A stretch of 58,430 nucleotides of DNA, from positions 1 through 58,430 of the forward strand of contig SXQI01000074.1 in NCBI GenBank assembly GCA_005793025.1, written 5' to 3'. Under the pieces are notes generated by a model. That model worked only from the letters and a program-made list of their open reading frames with translations, did no database searches and was not told the DNA's origin. Within the stretch, counting starts at the first letter, position 1. The number at the start of each line of letters is the position of its first letter. Positions 47,947 to 57,510 of the stretch are shown here, piece by piece. The position numbers were made by a program, and so were the translations under genes. This stretch comes from Verrucomicrobiales bacterium. GTDB taxonomy: Bacteria; Verrucomicrobiota; Verrucomicrobiia; Limisphaerales; SXQI01.

Positions 47947-48987
47947 TCACGTGAGGACTGGACGAGGTCGATATTTCTTAGCGAGAGCTAGCACTTGTTC
48001 CAGCGGTTTCATCCCACCGGTACACGTTGGATCAGCAAGCGAGGCCGCAGCTGCACAAACCCCCGTGAGCAGACATTTTTGTAAAGGCTCGTCCTCATGT
48101 AGGCTGAGCAACACTCCTGCGCAAAACGCGTCCCCAGCACCTGCAGTTCCCGTGATATATTTTGGTGGCAGGTTCAGCGAGGACTGCCAAGAATCCTCTC
48201 CTTTCCTCGTTCGAGCGAACGATCCTTCCGGAAAATGAATGACCACTAATTCCCGCACGCCGAGTTGCAGGAGTGCCCCAGCTGCGTGTCGAAGTGCCAC
48301 TGTATCGAGGTTCCCATTGGCTTGACGGACCTTAAACCCAGTCGTTTTTCCGGCTTCGATTTCGTTGAGGATACAATAATCGACATGCTTGAGAGCAGGG
48401 GAGACAATTTGGGAAAACCGATTACTGTCTTCACTTACCACATCTACGCTGGTTTTCATGCCCGCCTCCTGAGCATCTCGAAGAACTCGAGCTGCTCGGG
48501 TTCCATAGATTCGATCGGGTGCATCCATTGAATCGAGCAATAATAGGTATCCTAAGTGGAAAATCTTTGCCCGAGTTTTTTTGAAGTCAATATCTGCTCC
48601 GTCCCAAAGCGCATTCGCCCCTCGGTAATGGAAAAAAGTTCGTCTACCATTCCCGATTTCCGTCATGACATCCGTATATGAAGTGGATGCATCTGGAGTC
48701 GTTTTGAGAAGTTTGGTGTCGATTTGGTGGCTTTTGCAGTCCTTAAGAATACCTTCTCCCAAGAGATCACTTCCAACTAAGCCTGCTGCCGAGAGTGGGA
48801 CATCCACACCCATCTTCGCGATGTCGATCAGCACATTATATGGAGCGCCCCCTGTGCCTTGGGCTTGGCTCCGAATGTTCGCGAGTTGCTCGCGTTGGGG
48901 AAACACATCAACCATTTTAACTTGGTCGATTATCCAATTCCCGCCTGCCAAAATTCCATTACGAGCCGTTGAAGCCTTCTTATTCAT
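47947..48987 (-). CDS. PfkB-family carbohydrate kinase
   Basis: Has a GG dipeptide region and the C-terminal GTAGAGDAFCAG anion-hole motif. The ATG at 48987 is preferred over the TTG at 49026. Confidence 0.8.
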   Translation of the reverse strand: MNKKASTARNGILAGGNWIIDQVKMVDVFPQREQLANIRSQAQGTGGAPYNVLIDIAKMGVDVPLSAAGLVGSDLLGEGILKDCKSHQIDTKLLKTTPDASTSYTDVMTEIGNGRRTFFHYRGANALWDGADIDFKKTRAKIFHLGYLLLLDSMDAPDRIYGTRAARVLRDAQEAGMKTSVDVVSEDSNRFSQIVSPALKHVDYCILNEIEAGKTTGFKVRQANGNLDTVALRHAAGALLQLGVRELVVIHFPEGSFARTRKGEDSWQSSLNLPPKYITGTAGAGDAFCAGVLLSLHEDEPLQKCLLTGVCAAAASLADPTCTGGMKPLEQVLALAKKYRPRPVLT

Positions 48988-49191
48988 GATCGACAACCAA
49001 TCGTTTGATTCAGTGTGTTTTGGCAAAGACGCATTTGATCGAGCAATTATTAAGAGATTCCTAACTAAATGTCTCTACCGAATTGATCGTGAGTCGTGTC
49101 GATTTGACTAGTGATTTGCACCACTTCCTCCGGCTGGGGAGATTGCTTGAGGAAGAGTTCAGGACGAGTGCTGATCGTTTTTGGTTGAGAT

Positions 49192-50493
49192 TCAGCGAGG
49201 TCGGAAGCGTCCTCCTTGTGTTTTTTGAGTTCTACTCTGGTTGGAAGGTTGGGGAACTTTCATTCCAGGGTGAATGGGTTTTTGCGAACGGGCTTGCCCC
49301 CTGAAACCATTCGAGGGTTTTCGCTTTCCAGAATCCGCATCGGAAGGTTGGGCGGCTTGAGCGTAGTTGAATCCTTCGGCCTTCTTCCGGATGATGCCGC
49401 GACCGATAAACCGCTCCAAGGCTCGTAGCTCATCTTGATCCTCGGGTGTCACAAAACTAATCGCATCGCCTACTGCTTGGGCCCGGCCTGTGCGACCGAT
49501 GCGGTGTACGTAGTCCTCCGCATGCATTGGGAAATCGTAATTCACCACGTGGGAAATCCCGTCCACATCGATACCGCGTGCCGCGATATCAGTTGCCACC
49601 AACACCCGGACGGCACCCGACTTAAAATCTTTCAACGCACGCAACCGTTGGTTCTGGGATCGATTGGAGTGTAATGTATCCGTGCGAATCCCCTCCTGTT
49701 CTAACCTGCGAGCAATTCGATCAGCTCCATGCTTCATCCGAGAGAATACAAGCACCATGTTCAAGGAAGTGTCTCGAAGTAGATGCGCGAGCAAGGCAGG
49801 CTTAAGATGTTTAGGAACCTCATAAACTAGTTGAGTGACCGTTTCGGCGGGGTTTGAGCGGCGACCGATCTGTACCAACTTGGGTGCTCGCTGAAATTCG
49901 TGAGTGAGTGACTCTATCTCCTTGGAGAGCGTTGCTGAAAAAAGGAGAGTCTGGCGTTGTTGAGGCACTGACTTCACGACTTGTCGGATCGCGGGTAAAA
50001 AACCCATGTCTAACATTCGATCGGCTTCATCAAGAACGAGGAATTTTAATCCTGAAAAATCTCCGCAACGTCGGTTCATCAAATCGAGTAAACGACCCGG
50101 ACACGCGATGATTATGTGGACACCTGCGCGAAGGGCATCGATTTGGGGGCGTTCTCCGACTCCACCGAAAACCGTGGCAACTCGCAGTGGTAAATGGCGA
50201 GCGTAGGCTCGCACATTTTCCTCAATTTGCACGGCTAGTTCCCGCGTTGGTGCGAGAACGAGTGCTCTTGTCCCCCTGCGGCTCCCATCGCCGATAATCG
50301 GGACAAGCTTCGTGAGAATCGGTAACGTGAAAGCAGCAGTTTTTCCGGTTCCGGTTTGGGCGATCCCGATCAGATCCTGACCCTCCAAGATCTTTGGGAT
50401 CACACCCGATTGGATTGGGGTCGGCTCCGTGTAACCGGCGTCTTGAACTGCTTGGAGTATCTTAGGATCAAGACCGAGTGCTCTAAAAGGCAT
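49192..50493 (-). CDS. rhlE: DEAD-box ATP-dependent RNA helicase with basic C-terminal tail
   Basis: Q-motif TEPTPIQ, plus AQTGTGKTAAF, DEADRM, SAT and HRIGRTGRA. The symbol is assigned by architecture only. Confidence 0.85.
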   Translation of the reverse strand: MPFRALGLDPKILQAVQDAGYTEPTPIQSGVIPKILEGQDLIGIAQTGTGKTAAFTLPILTKLVPIIGDGSRRGTRALVLAPTRELAVQIEENVRAYARHLPLRVATVFGGVGERPQIDALRAGVHIIIACPGRLLDLMNRRCGDFSGLKFLVLDEADRMLDMGFLPAIRQVVKSVPQQRQTLLFSATLSKEIESLTHEFQRAPKLVQIGRRSNPAETVTQLVYEVPKHLKPALLAHLLRDTSLNMVLVFSRMKHGADRIARRLEQEGIRTDTLHSNRSQNQRLRALKDFKSGAVRVLVATDIAARGIDVDGISHVVNYDFPMHAEDYVHRIGRTGRAQAVGDAISFVTPEDQDELRALERFIGRGIIRKKAEGFNYAQAAQPSDADSGKRKPSNGFRGQARSQKPIHPGMKVPQPSNQSRTQKTQGGRFRPR

Positions 50494-50514
50494 CCTTAGA
50501 TCATGGAGCGTGCC

Positions 50515-50548
50515 CGGGGAATAGCACGCATTTAATGAGCATTCCCCG
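50515..50548 (-). other. GC-rich hairpin in the gap between the oxidoreductase stop and the rhlE-like start
   Basis: CGGGGAAT (50515-50522) and ATTCCCCG (50541-50548) with an 18-nt loop and no U-tract. It could be a terminator or a 5-prime UTR structure. Confidence 0.25.
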
Positions 50549-50599
50549 AGGCTCGATCAAGAACCATGGATTAGGTCGGGTTTCCCCAAGCCGCAAGGA

Positions 50600-51967
50600 T
50601 CAGTATTCTCGCAGGTGCTTCATGCCTGGTGCTGGGACAGGATATTTCCCGTCTGGCCCCATGGCGACCGGAGGAGCTGAAGCCATCGTTAGTTTATCGA
50701 TGGTTGGTGCGAATTCGTGTTCGTGGTTGAGAATCGCGTCCCATGTGATGACCTGACCCGTGTGTGCCGCCATACGCCCCATCGAGGTAACTAGGCTGGC
50801 TTCCGCACCGCGCTTAGCTTCGTTGAAAGGTTTATTGTTGCGGATCGCATCAACTAAATCATCCCATTCGTTTTGGTAAGGGTCGGATTCTGGCTGGGGG
50901 TATTTCCATGTCACATCTTTCGCATCCTGAGATTGTCCCTTAAAAATGCGGCATTTTCCGGGCGCATGTCCTGACGTGGAAATAATCGCTGAACCTTTGG
51001 CTCCGTGAGCGTAGCTTGCGAATTCATCATTACACCCCGCAACGTTGCGACCATACATCATCAACTTGCTTCCATCCCCGTAAGTGTATTCAACCTGATA
51101 ACTATCGAAGTTTTGATCGATGGCATCGCCACGAAAATGACGCCCTCCAACAGCTTGAGCTTGCTTTGGCCAGGCATTCTTCATCCACGAACATTCGTCG
51201 ATCTGGTGGATATAAAAGTCGCTGAATGTGCCACCACTAGCCCAGAGAAAACTGTGAAACTTCTGAATCTGATACATCAAATCAGAGATCGCGCCTGGGT
51301 TAGGGGGAGCGAAACCAACCATCGGACCCGCCATCCGATAAGCCCTCATGAGAATTAGGTCTCCTATCTCGCCTTGCTGAATGCGCTCGTGCAACGCTTG
51401 CCGCGCGCGGCAGTGACGAACCATCAGGCCAACACCTACTTTTAACCCTGCTTTCTCAGATTCTTCTGCCAACTTGAACATTTTCCGAGTGGTTGGCCCA
51501 TCCGTGGTGATGGGCTTTTCCATGAAGACGTTGAGTTTCTTTTCGATCGCATACGCGAAATGAACCCAACGAAAACCTACAGGAGTCGCGAAAATCACCA
51601 CATCGCCGGGTTTGAGGCAATCCATGGCTTTCTTGTAGGAGTCGAAACCAACAAATTTTTTATCGTCTGGAACCTCTACTTTTGCGCCATGCTCTCGCTT
51701 GAGGGCGTCATGGCTTCCTTTGAGTCGTTCCGAGAAAACATCCGCCATCGCAACCAGTTTGATTGGACCGCTCTTAGTGCTGAGAGCATTGCTTGCAGCA
51801 CCGGTTCCACGGCCACCGCAACCGACAAGAGCTACCTGAATGAGATCATTCCCGGCGGCGTGGACGTGGGGTAATACCACACCTGCCAATGCGGAGACGG
51901 TTGCGATTTTTCCGGTGACTTTGATGAAGTCGCGGCGCGAAGTGTTGAGTTCGGTTGGGTTGTTCAT
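50600..51967 (-). CDS. Gfo/Idh/MocA oxidoreductase with twin-arginine (TAT) signal
   Basis: SRRDFIKVTGKIATVSALAGVVL is followed by a Rossmann fold (VALVGCGGRGTGA) and MEKPIT. Confidence 0.85.
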   Translation of the reverse strand: MNNPTELNTSRRDFIKVTGKIATVSALAGVVLPHVHAAGNDLIQVALVGCGGRGTGAASNALSTKSGPIKLVAMADVFSERLKGSHDALKREHGAKVEVPDDKKFVGFDSYKKAMDCLKPGDVVIFATPVGFRWVHFAYAIEKKLNVFMEKPITTDGPTTRKMFKLAEESEKAGLKVGVGLMVRHCRARQALHERIQQGEIGDLILMRAYRMAGPMVGFAPPNPGAISDLMYQIQKFHSFLWASGGTFSDFYIHQIDECSWMKNAWPKQAQAVGGRHFRGDAIDQNFDSYQVEYTYGDGSKLMMYGRNVAGCNDEFASYAHGAKGSAIISTSGHAPGKCRIFKGQSQDAKDVTWKYPQPESDPYQNEWDDLVDAIRNNKPFNEAKRGAEASLVTSMGRMAAHTGQVITWDAILNHEHEFAPTIDKLTMASAPPVAMGPDGKYPVPAPGMKHLREY

Positions 51968-52093
51968 ATGTTATTCTGAGACGTTGCCGGATTCATGGGA
52001 ATTCACAAGCACTTGTTTTGAGGAATGAATTCTCTCGACTCTTGCCGTCACTCAATTACAACGCACCTCGTTTTGAATTCAGATTCACACTTA

Positions 52094-52834
52094 ATGCCCG
52101 CTTGGCTCTTGGCTTCGGTCGCAGTCCTGTTCATCGGCTTGTCTAAGGCTGGTTTCGGGGGCGGGTTAGGGATGTTGACAACCCCCTTGTGCGTGATGGC
52201 CTTCGGGCCTTCCCAAGCCATCGGCATTCTCTTGCCACTTCTGTGTGCGGGTGATGTTTTTTCGCTGTATCATTACTGGCGGAAATGGCGCGTTGAGAAT
52301 CTTTGGTTTCTTTTGCCGGGGATGGTTATCGGCGTTGCGATCGGAGCTCAGTTGTTTAATCGGTTTTCACCGAGAGAATTGAACATCATCATCGGCACGA
52401 TGGCGGTCCTATTTGTGCTCTATCAACTCGTAAAGGCCACAGTTTTTCGGAACCTCCAGCGTTTTGTTCCAAATCATGGGTTAGGTCTGATTTGTGGAGT
52501 AGCGGCTGGGGTTACTTCCACCTTTGCTCATGGGGCTGGTCCGGTTGTGAACGCCTTTTTGATCCCTCAGCGATTCTCGAAAGAGATTTATACTGGAACC
52601 ACTGTGTTAGTATTCACATGGATGAATGGGATCAAAATCCCATTCTTTTTGTATGGAGGCCTCATTACGCAACAAACTTTTTCTGTAAGCGTGCTTTATT
52701 TTGCCTTAATTCCCGTAGGAGTTTGGGTGGGTGTTTGGTTGAACCGAAGAATCCCAGAGAATCTGTTTGTTAAGTTGGTTTACCTTTTCACTTTTTTAAC
52801 TGGTATCCAACTCGTGTTCGAGTTCAAGTTCTGA
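52094..52834 (+). CDS. TauE/SafE (TSUP) family anion exporter
   Basis: A protein with about 8 TM segments that starts LSKAGFGGGLGMLTTPL, with an internal repeat containing GAGPVV. The ATG at 52094 is preferred over 52025. Confidence 0.75.
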   Translation: MPAWLLASVAVLFIGLSKAGFGGGLGMLTTPLCVMAFGPSQAIGILLPLLCAGDVFSLYHYWRKWRVENLWFLLPGMVIGVAIGAQLFNRFSPRELNIIIGTMAVLFVLYQLVKATVFRNLQRFVPNHGLGLICGVAAGVTSTFAHGAGPVVNAFLIPQRFSKEIYTGTTVLVFTWMNGIKIPFFLYGGLITQQTFSVSVLYFALIPVGVWVGVWLNRRIPENLFVKLVYLFTFLTGIQLVFEFKF

Positions 52835-52884
52835 TCAAAAGAATTGTTCTTCATTCTCTGCAAAAACGAAGTAAGATTATCTCA

Positions 52885-53844
52885 ATGAATCCACGATTGA
52901 TTGTATTTTTTCAAGTCGCCATCGCCTTGTTATCTGTCTCGGCATTCGCTCAGGATCAGGCAGGAGTCACGATCACTCGCGAAGATGATCAACTCCGCAT
53001 CACTGTCGATGGGAAACCTTTCAGTAATTACCACTTTAAGAATACTCCGCGACCTTACCTTTATCCGCTGCTGGGACCTGGGGGGTTGCACATGACTCGC
53101 CACTGGCCGATGAAGGATATGCCCAACGAAGAGCATGATCATCCTCATCATCGATCGCTTTGGTTCGCATTTGGAAGTTTGAACGGCGTAGATTTTTGGT
53201 CGGAAGGGGCCAAGGCTGGAAAGACCATCCACCAGGATTTCATCACTATCGAGTCGGGTAAAAAAGTGGGGATCATTAAAAGTTCTAACCAATGGGTTGC
53301 CCTCGACGGAAAAAAGATTTGTTCAGATGTTCGGACGATCCGCATTTACCGAACCGGTTCTGAGGAACGCATGTTAGATTTCGAGATCACTCTTCGGGCC
53401 TCAGAGGGGGATCTGACCTTTGGTGATACCAAGGAAGGAATGATGTCGGTACGGTTAGCCGAAACCATGCGTGTGAAAGGTAAGGTGGCTCAAGGTCACA
53501 TACGAAATAGTGAAGGCGTTTTGGATGGAGCAACTTGGGGGAAACGGGCGAAGTGGTGTGATTACTATGGGCCAGTTGATGGACAAACTGTGGGGGTTGC
53601 CATGTTCGATCATCCATCAAACCCAAGGTATCCCACTTGGTGGCATGTCCGTGATTACGGTCTATTCGGTGCTAATCCTTTCGGATTACACGATTTTGAA
53701 GGTAAACCGCCCGGTTCAGGCGATCTGAAGGTCCCGGCAGGCGGCTCGATCACATTCACTTATCGAATTATTCTTCACAAGGGCGATACCGACCAAGCAA
53801 AAGTCTCGGCAAAATTTGATGCCTTTATTAAAGAAAAGAACTAG
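52885..53844 (+). CDS. PmoA-family / DUF6807-like secreted protein
   Basis: A signal peptide is followed by RPYLYPLLGPGG and DHPHHRSLWFAFGSLNGVDFWSE, the hallmarks I recall for PF14100-type proteins. Confidence 0.65.
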   Translation: MNPRLIVFFQVAIALLSVSAFAQDQAGVTITREDDQLRITVDGKPFSNYHFKNTPRPYLYPLLGPGGLHMTRHWPMKDMPNEEHDHPHHRSLWFAFGSLNGVDFWSEGAKAGKTIHQDFITIESGKKVGIIKSSNQWVALDGKKICSDVRTIRIYRTGSEERMLDFEITLRASEGDLTFGDTKEGMMSVRLAETMRVKGKVAQGHIRNSEGVLDGATWGKRAKWCDYYGPVDGQTVGVAMFDHPSNPRYPTWWHVRDYGLFGANPFGLHDFEGKPPGSGDLKVPAGGSITFTYRIILHKGDTDQAKVSAKFDAFIKEKN

Positions 53845-53891
53845 AAATAATTTTTAAGCAACCAACAACTCGTCGGGCCCATAATTCAGTG

Positions 53892-55217
53892 TCACTTTGC
53901 ACTGAACATGGAAGAACTGGGAGTTTTTGAAGACTCAGCACCGACACGTTTATACAGTACTTTAGAGTTTCTTCCGCTCGCATCGTATTTCTCCCGTCGA
54001 GCTAATGGGAGGCGATCAGGCTTCCCTTCGATAAAGCCTCCTTTGCTTTGGAAATAATTGAAGGCTTGTGTTGATAGTGTGATCAGTTCCTCCAGCCCCA
54101 ATTCTTTGGCTTTCCCTTCGACAAACTGGATCATTTTACGACCGATGCCTTGGTTTTCGTGGGTAGATTTGACAAATAAGCAGGCTAATTCTCCTTGTCG
54201 GGAATCTGGGTAAACATGCAACGCAACGCAAGCCACTGGGTTTTTATCAATTTCGAATAAATAGTAATCTCCTAGATGTTGTTGGACATCCTGACGAGTT
54301 CGTTTCATCAACTCTTCGCTTGCGACTGAACCCTGTGTGAGTTGGAGGATACTGCGGACGTCTTTCTTCAGCGCGCGCCTGACTTGCTCATATTCATTGG
54401 CGTAAATGAGAGTCCCGATTCCCTCATTGGAAAAAACCTCAGCCAACAACCCTTCGTCCACTCGACCGTTGATGATATGAACTCTAGGGACTCCATGCTT
54501 ACACGCGGCAGCAGCGTGTTGAGCCTTGGAGCACATTTCTGGTGCAAATTCCGAACGGTTACTGGCCAGCATGGTCTCCAAGTCAGCGACCAAGAGGTGA
54601 TGGATCAGTTGGCCGTTATGGATTAATCCATCTTGGGTTGTGATAAAAATCAGTTTGTTAGCGTGCAGGGCATCCGCCAACGAAACCGCAACTGAGTCTG
54701 AGTTTACCCGGTAGGTGCGACCATCTCCATCAAAACCCAACGGTGGAATCACAGGAGTGATACCTTGGGTTAGAAGGGAGACGAGCATGTCGGTATCGAC
54801 CCGCTCCACCTTACCCGTGAAGAGGTGATCTACTCCTTGTTTTATGCCGAGTGGATGAGCGGTGATCGCATTTGTCGAAACGGCGCGAAGGTCATTTGCG
54901 GCAAGGCCTTCTAATATTTCGTGTGTTAGACGATTTGAGGCTGTGAGCGCGAGTTGCAGAGTCTCTGCGTCCGTAATGCCGGTCCCGTCAAGATTTGAAG
55001 CGTGGGTGCCAGATTCTTTCGCGAGTGATTTAATCTGTGCGGCAGCACCATGCACCAGCACGACACGGATGTTGAGTGAACGTAACACCGCCACATCCAG
55101 CAGGATGTTGGTGAAATTTTCGCTCGTCACGATCTCCCCATCGACGCTGATAATAAACGTCTTTTCCCTAAAGCGGGGGATGTATTGTAGGATTCCTCTG
55201 AGGTCTGTTGGCTTCAC
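53892..55217 (-). CDS. argA: amino-acid N-acetyltransferase (N-acetylglutamate synthase)
   Basis: An amino-acid-kinase fold N-terminal domain (FIISVDGE.., VLVHGAAAQI) plus a C-terminal GNAT domain (QGIGRKMIQFVEGKAKELG). GTG start. Confidence 0.85.
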   Translation of the reverse strand: MKPTDLRGILQYIPRFREKTFIISVDGEIVTSENFTNILLDVAVLRSLNIRVVLVHGAAAQIKSLAKESGTHASNLDGTGITDAETLQLALTASNRLTHEILEGLAANDLRAVSTNAITAHPLGIKQGVDHLFTGKVERVDTDMLVSLLTQGITPVIPPLGFDGDGRTYRVNSDSVAVSLADALHANKLIFITTQDGLIHNGQLIHHLLVADLETMLASNRSEFAPEMCSKAQHAAAACKHGVPRVHIINGRVDEGLLAEVFSNEGIGTLIYANEYEQVRRALKKDVRSILQLTQGSVASEELMKRTRQDVQQHLGDYYLFEIDKNPVACVALHVYPDSRQGELACLFVKSTHENQGIGRKMIQFVEGKAKELGLEELITLSTQAFNYFQSKGGFIEGKPDRLPLARREKYDASGRNSKVLYKRVGAESSKTPSSSMFSAK

Positions 55218-55295
55218 TTAAAACCTAATCGACAGTTGTTACCGTGCGTTCACTATGGGGTTTACCCAAATGACTTGCAAGGGAGCTTACAACCA

Positions 55296-56414
55296 TTACG
55301 CGGGCTGATTGGGAAGCTCCGACATCACAGCGCGAAGTGCTTGGATGCATCGCGCGTTTTCCTGCGGGGTTCCGATTGAGATGCGAATAAAGTCAGGTAA
55401 ATTGTATCCTCCCATCGGCCGAGTGATGACGCCAATTTTTTGAAGCGCATTGAATACCTGATTCCCAGAGCCAACCCGCACCAAGATAAAATTCGCATGG
55501 GAAGGAACGTAGGAAAGCTTCATCTGGAAAAACTCGTTCTCAAAGAATGCCAACCCTTGCGAATTGTTTCCAAGAGTTCGTTCGAGATGTTCTTCATCAT
55601 CAAGGGCAGCCATCGCTCCGGCTTGGGCGATCGCGTTGATGTTAAACGGTTGCCTAATTTTTTCGAACGCGGCGATCAACTCATGGTTGCCAATCCCATA
55701 ACCTAAACGGTGGCCTGCTAGGCCATAAACCTTCGAAAAAGTTCTGAGGAGAAGTAGGTTCTTTTTAAGTGAACTTCGAACCAAGGGGAGCAAGTCGACC
55801 GAATCTCGAAGGAACTCGATATAGGCTTCGTCCATCACGAGAAGCACGTGTGGAGGAATCTCATTAAGGAGATTTACCACCTGCTCGCGAGGAGCCATTG
55901 TCCCGGTTGGGTTGTTGGGGTTTGCCACAAACATGACTCGGGTTTTTGGAGTCACTGCCCTTAACATCGCAGGCAAATCGTGACCAAACTCAACGGCAGG
56001 GACTTCAACTAATGTTGCCCCGAATAAAGCTGTGATCAATGGGTAGACAGCAAAACCGTATTGGGAAACGATCACTTCATCCCCTTCAGAAAGCAATGCG
56101 TGCCCAATGAATTCGATGATTTCGTTGGAACCATTTCCAAGAATTAACTGATCAGTGCCGATGCCAAGTTTATCCGCTAATTTTGTTTTGAGATAAAACG
56201 CGCTTCCATCGGGATAAAGGTGTGATTTATCCAGCACCTGCCGCATAGCCGCCAGTGCTTTTGGAGAAGGCCCCAATGGATTTTCGTTGGAGGCAAGTTT
56301 GATCACGTCCTCTGGATTGAGACCGTGTTCACGTGCAACTTCCTGAATGGGACGGCCGGGTTGGTAGACGGCTAACGATTTGAGGTGAGAATTCAGAGCA
56401 AAGGGAAGGGGCAT
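55296..56414 (-). CDS. hisC: histidinol-phosphate aminotransferase
   Basis: Contains KLASNENPLGPSP, NPNNPTG and the PLP-lysine block RTFSKVYGLAGHRLGY. Confidence 0.9.
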   Translation of the reverse strand: MPLPFALNSHLKSLAVYQPGRPIQEVAREHGLNPEDVIKLASNENPLGPSPKALAAMRQVLDKSHLYPDGSAFYLKTKLADKLGIGTDQLILGNGSNEIIEFIGHALLSEGDEVIVSQYGFAVYPLITALFGATLVEVPAVEFGHDLPAMLRAVTPKTRVMFVANPNNPTGTMAPREQVVNLLNEIPPHVLLVMDEAYIEFLRDSVDLLPLVRSSLKKNLLLLRTFSKVYGLAGHRLGYGIGNHELIAAFEKIRQPFNINAIAQAGAMAALDDEEHLERTLGNNSQGLAFFENEFFQMKLSYVPSHANFILVRVGSGNQVFNALQKIGVITRPMGGYNLPDFIRISIGTPQENARCIQALRAVMSELPNQPA

Positions 56415-56415
56415 T

Positions 56416-57510
56416 TCAAAGCGAGGTCAGGATTTTTTTGACGTCAATGTGTTCCGCAACCAGATCGCGAATCACTGCGATTTTATCCAAGTCGGTAGAC
56501 CGCGTCTTAACGATGAGGTCATGAACGGTGGAGGCGACTAGGTAACTACCTTGATCTGCCAACAGCACTGGAAACGGCATCTCTTGGATTAACTTGAGAA
56601 CTTCGGAGTTTGGTCGAACTCCGCCGGTGAGTACAATTCCAGCTAGTCCATTCCGAGGCTGATTAATCACAGTTCCAGCTGCAGCGAGAATGATGTCTTC
56701 GCGGTCACCGGGTGTGATGATCATCACACCGGGGCGGAAAGAACTCATCGTGTTGTGAACTCCCATGGCTCCGACGACAACTTCCTCTACGAGGTTACTG
56801 ATTTGCTGAGGTCGATTTAGAATCTCAGCACCCAGTTCATCATGGATAATTTCCATGGTTGGGTTTGATAAAATCTGCCTGTAGGGAAGCACCCCGAGCA
56901 GCTCTAGGCCTTTTCGCTTTAAACCACGTCGTGCAAACTCCGTAATATAGTCCAGTTTTTCTAGATGGACTTTGTTGATGATCACACCCATCACTTCAAC
57001 ACCCTCTTTTTCGAACAGGGCTTGGTTCAGGCATACCTCATCGATGGGTCGCCCGATGCCTCCTTGGGTGACGATGATGACCTTTGCTCCCAATAATTTA
57101 GCGACTCTCGCGTTTGAAAGGTCAAAAACAGAACCGACCCCTGCATGGCCCGAACCTTCGCATAAAACAAAATCTTTCTCCCAAGCGACTCGATCGAAAG
57201 CGAGTTGAATCCGTTTCACCAATGCATCGTAATTAGCTGATTGCAGGTATTTTCGAGTAAAATCAGGTTCGATCGCTATCGGACTCATGTCCACCAACGG
57301 GCAGTTGAGTTGGTAGATGCTATCCATCAACACTGTGTCCTCGTCGATTTTTTGCTCCGCGACTTCCACGAACCGCTGGCCCACGGGTTTGATGTAGCCG
57401 ACACGATTATAGTGCTTCTGGAGTGCAGCCATCAAACCTAATGAGGTCGTTGTTTTCCCATCATTCTGACGGGTTGCCGCGATGAAAACTCTAGGAATGG
57501 TCATGTTCAT
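56416..57510 (-). CDS. stand-alone phosphotransacetylase N-terminal-type regulatory protein (P-loop AAA_26 plus DRTGG domains)
   Basis: Contains IFIAATRQNDGKTTTSLGL (DTBS/CobQ-like P-loop), EGSGHAGVG, and then ITPGDREDIILAA...VLTGG (DRTGG). The ATG overlaps the stop of the upstream pta catalytic ORF (ATGA). Confidence 0.8.
   Translation of the reverse strand: MNMTIPRVFIAATRQNDGKTTTSLGLMAALQKHYNRVGYIKPVGQRFVEVAEQKIDEDTVLMDSIYQLNCPLVDMSPIAIEPDFTRKYLQSANYDALVKRIQLAFDRVAWEKDFVLCEGSGHAGVGSVFDLSNARVAKLLGAKVIIVTQGGIGRPIDEVCLNQALFEKEGVEVMGVIINKVHLEKLDYITEFARRGLKRKGLELLGVLPYRQILSNPTMEIIHDELGAEILNRPQQISNLVEEVVVGAMGVHNTMSSFRPGVMIITPGDREDIILAAAGTVINQPRNGLAGIVLTGGVRPNSEVLKLIQEMPFPVLLADQGSYLVASTVHDLIVKTRSTDLDKIAVIRDLVAEHIDVKKILTSL

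Noticed and set aside
48665-49111. 148-aa plus-strand ORF opposite the PfkB kinase gene and the adjacent gap.
   Set aside because: It lies antisense to a kinase ORF with the GAGD anion-hole motif, and nothing independent supports it.
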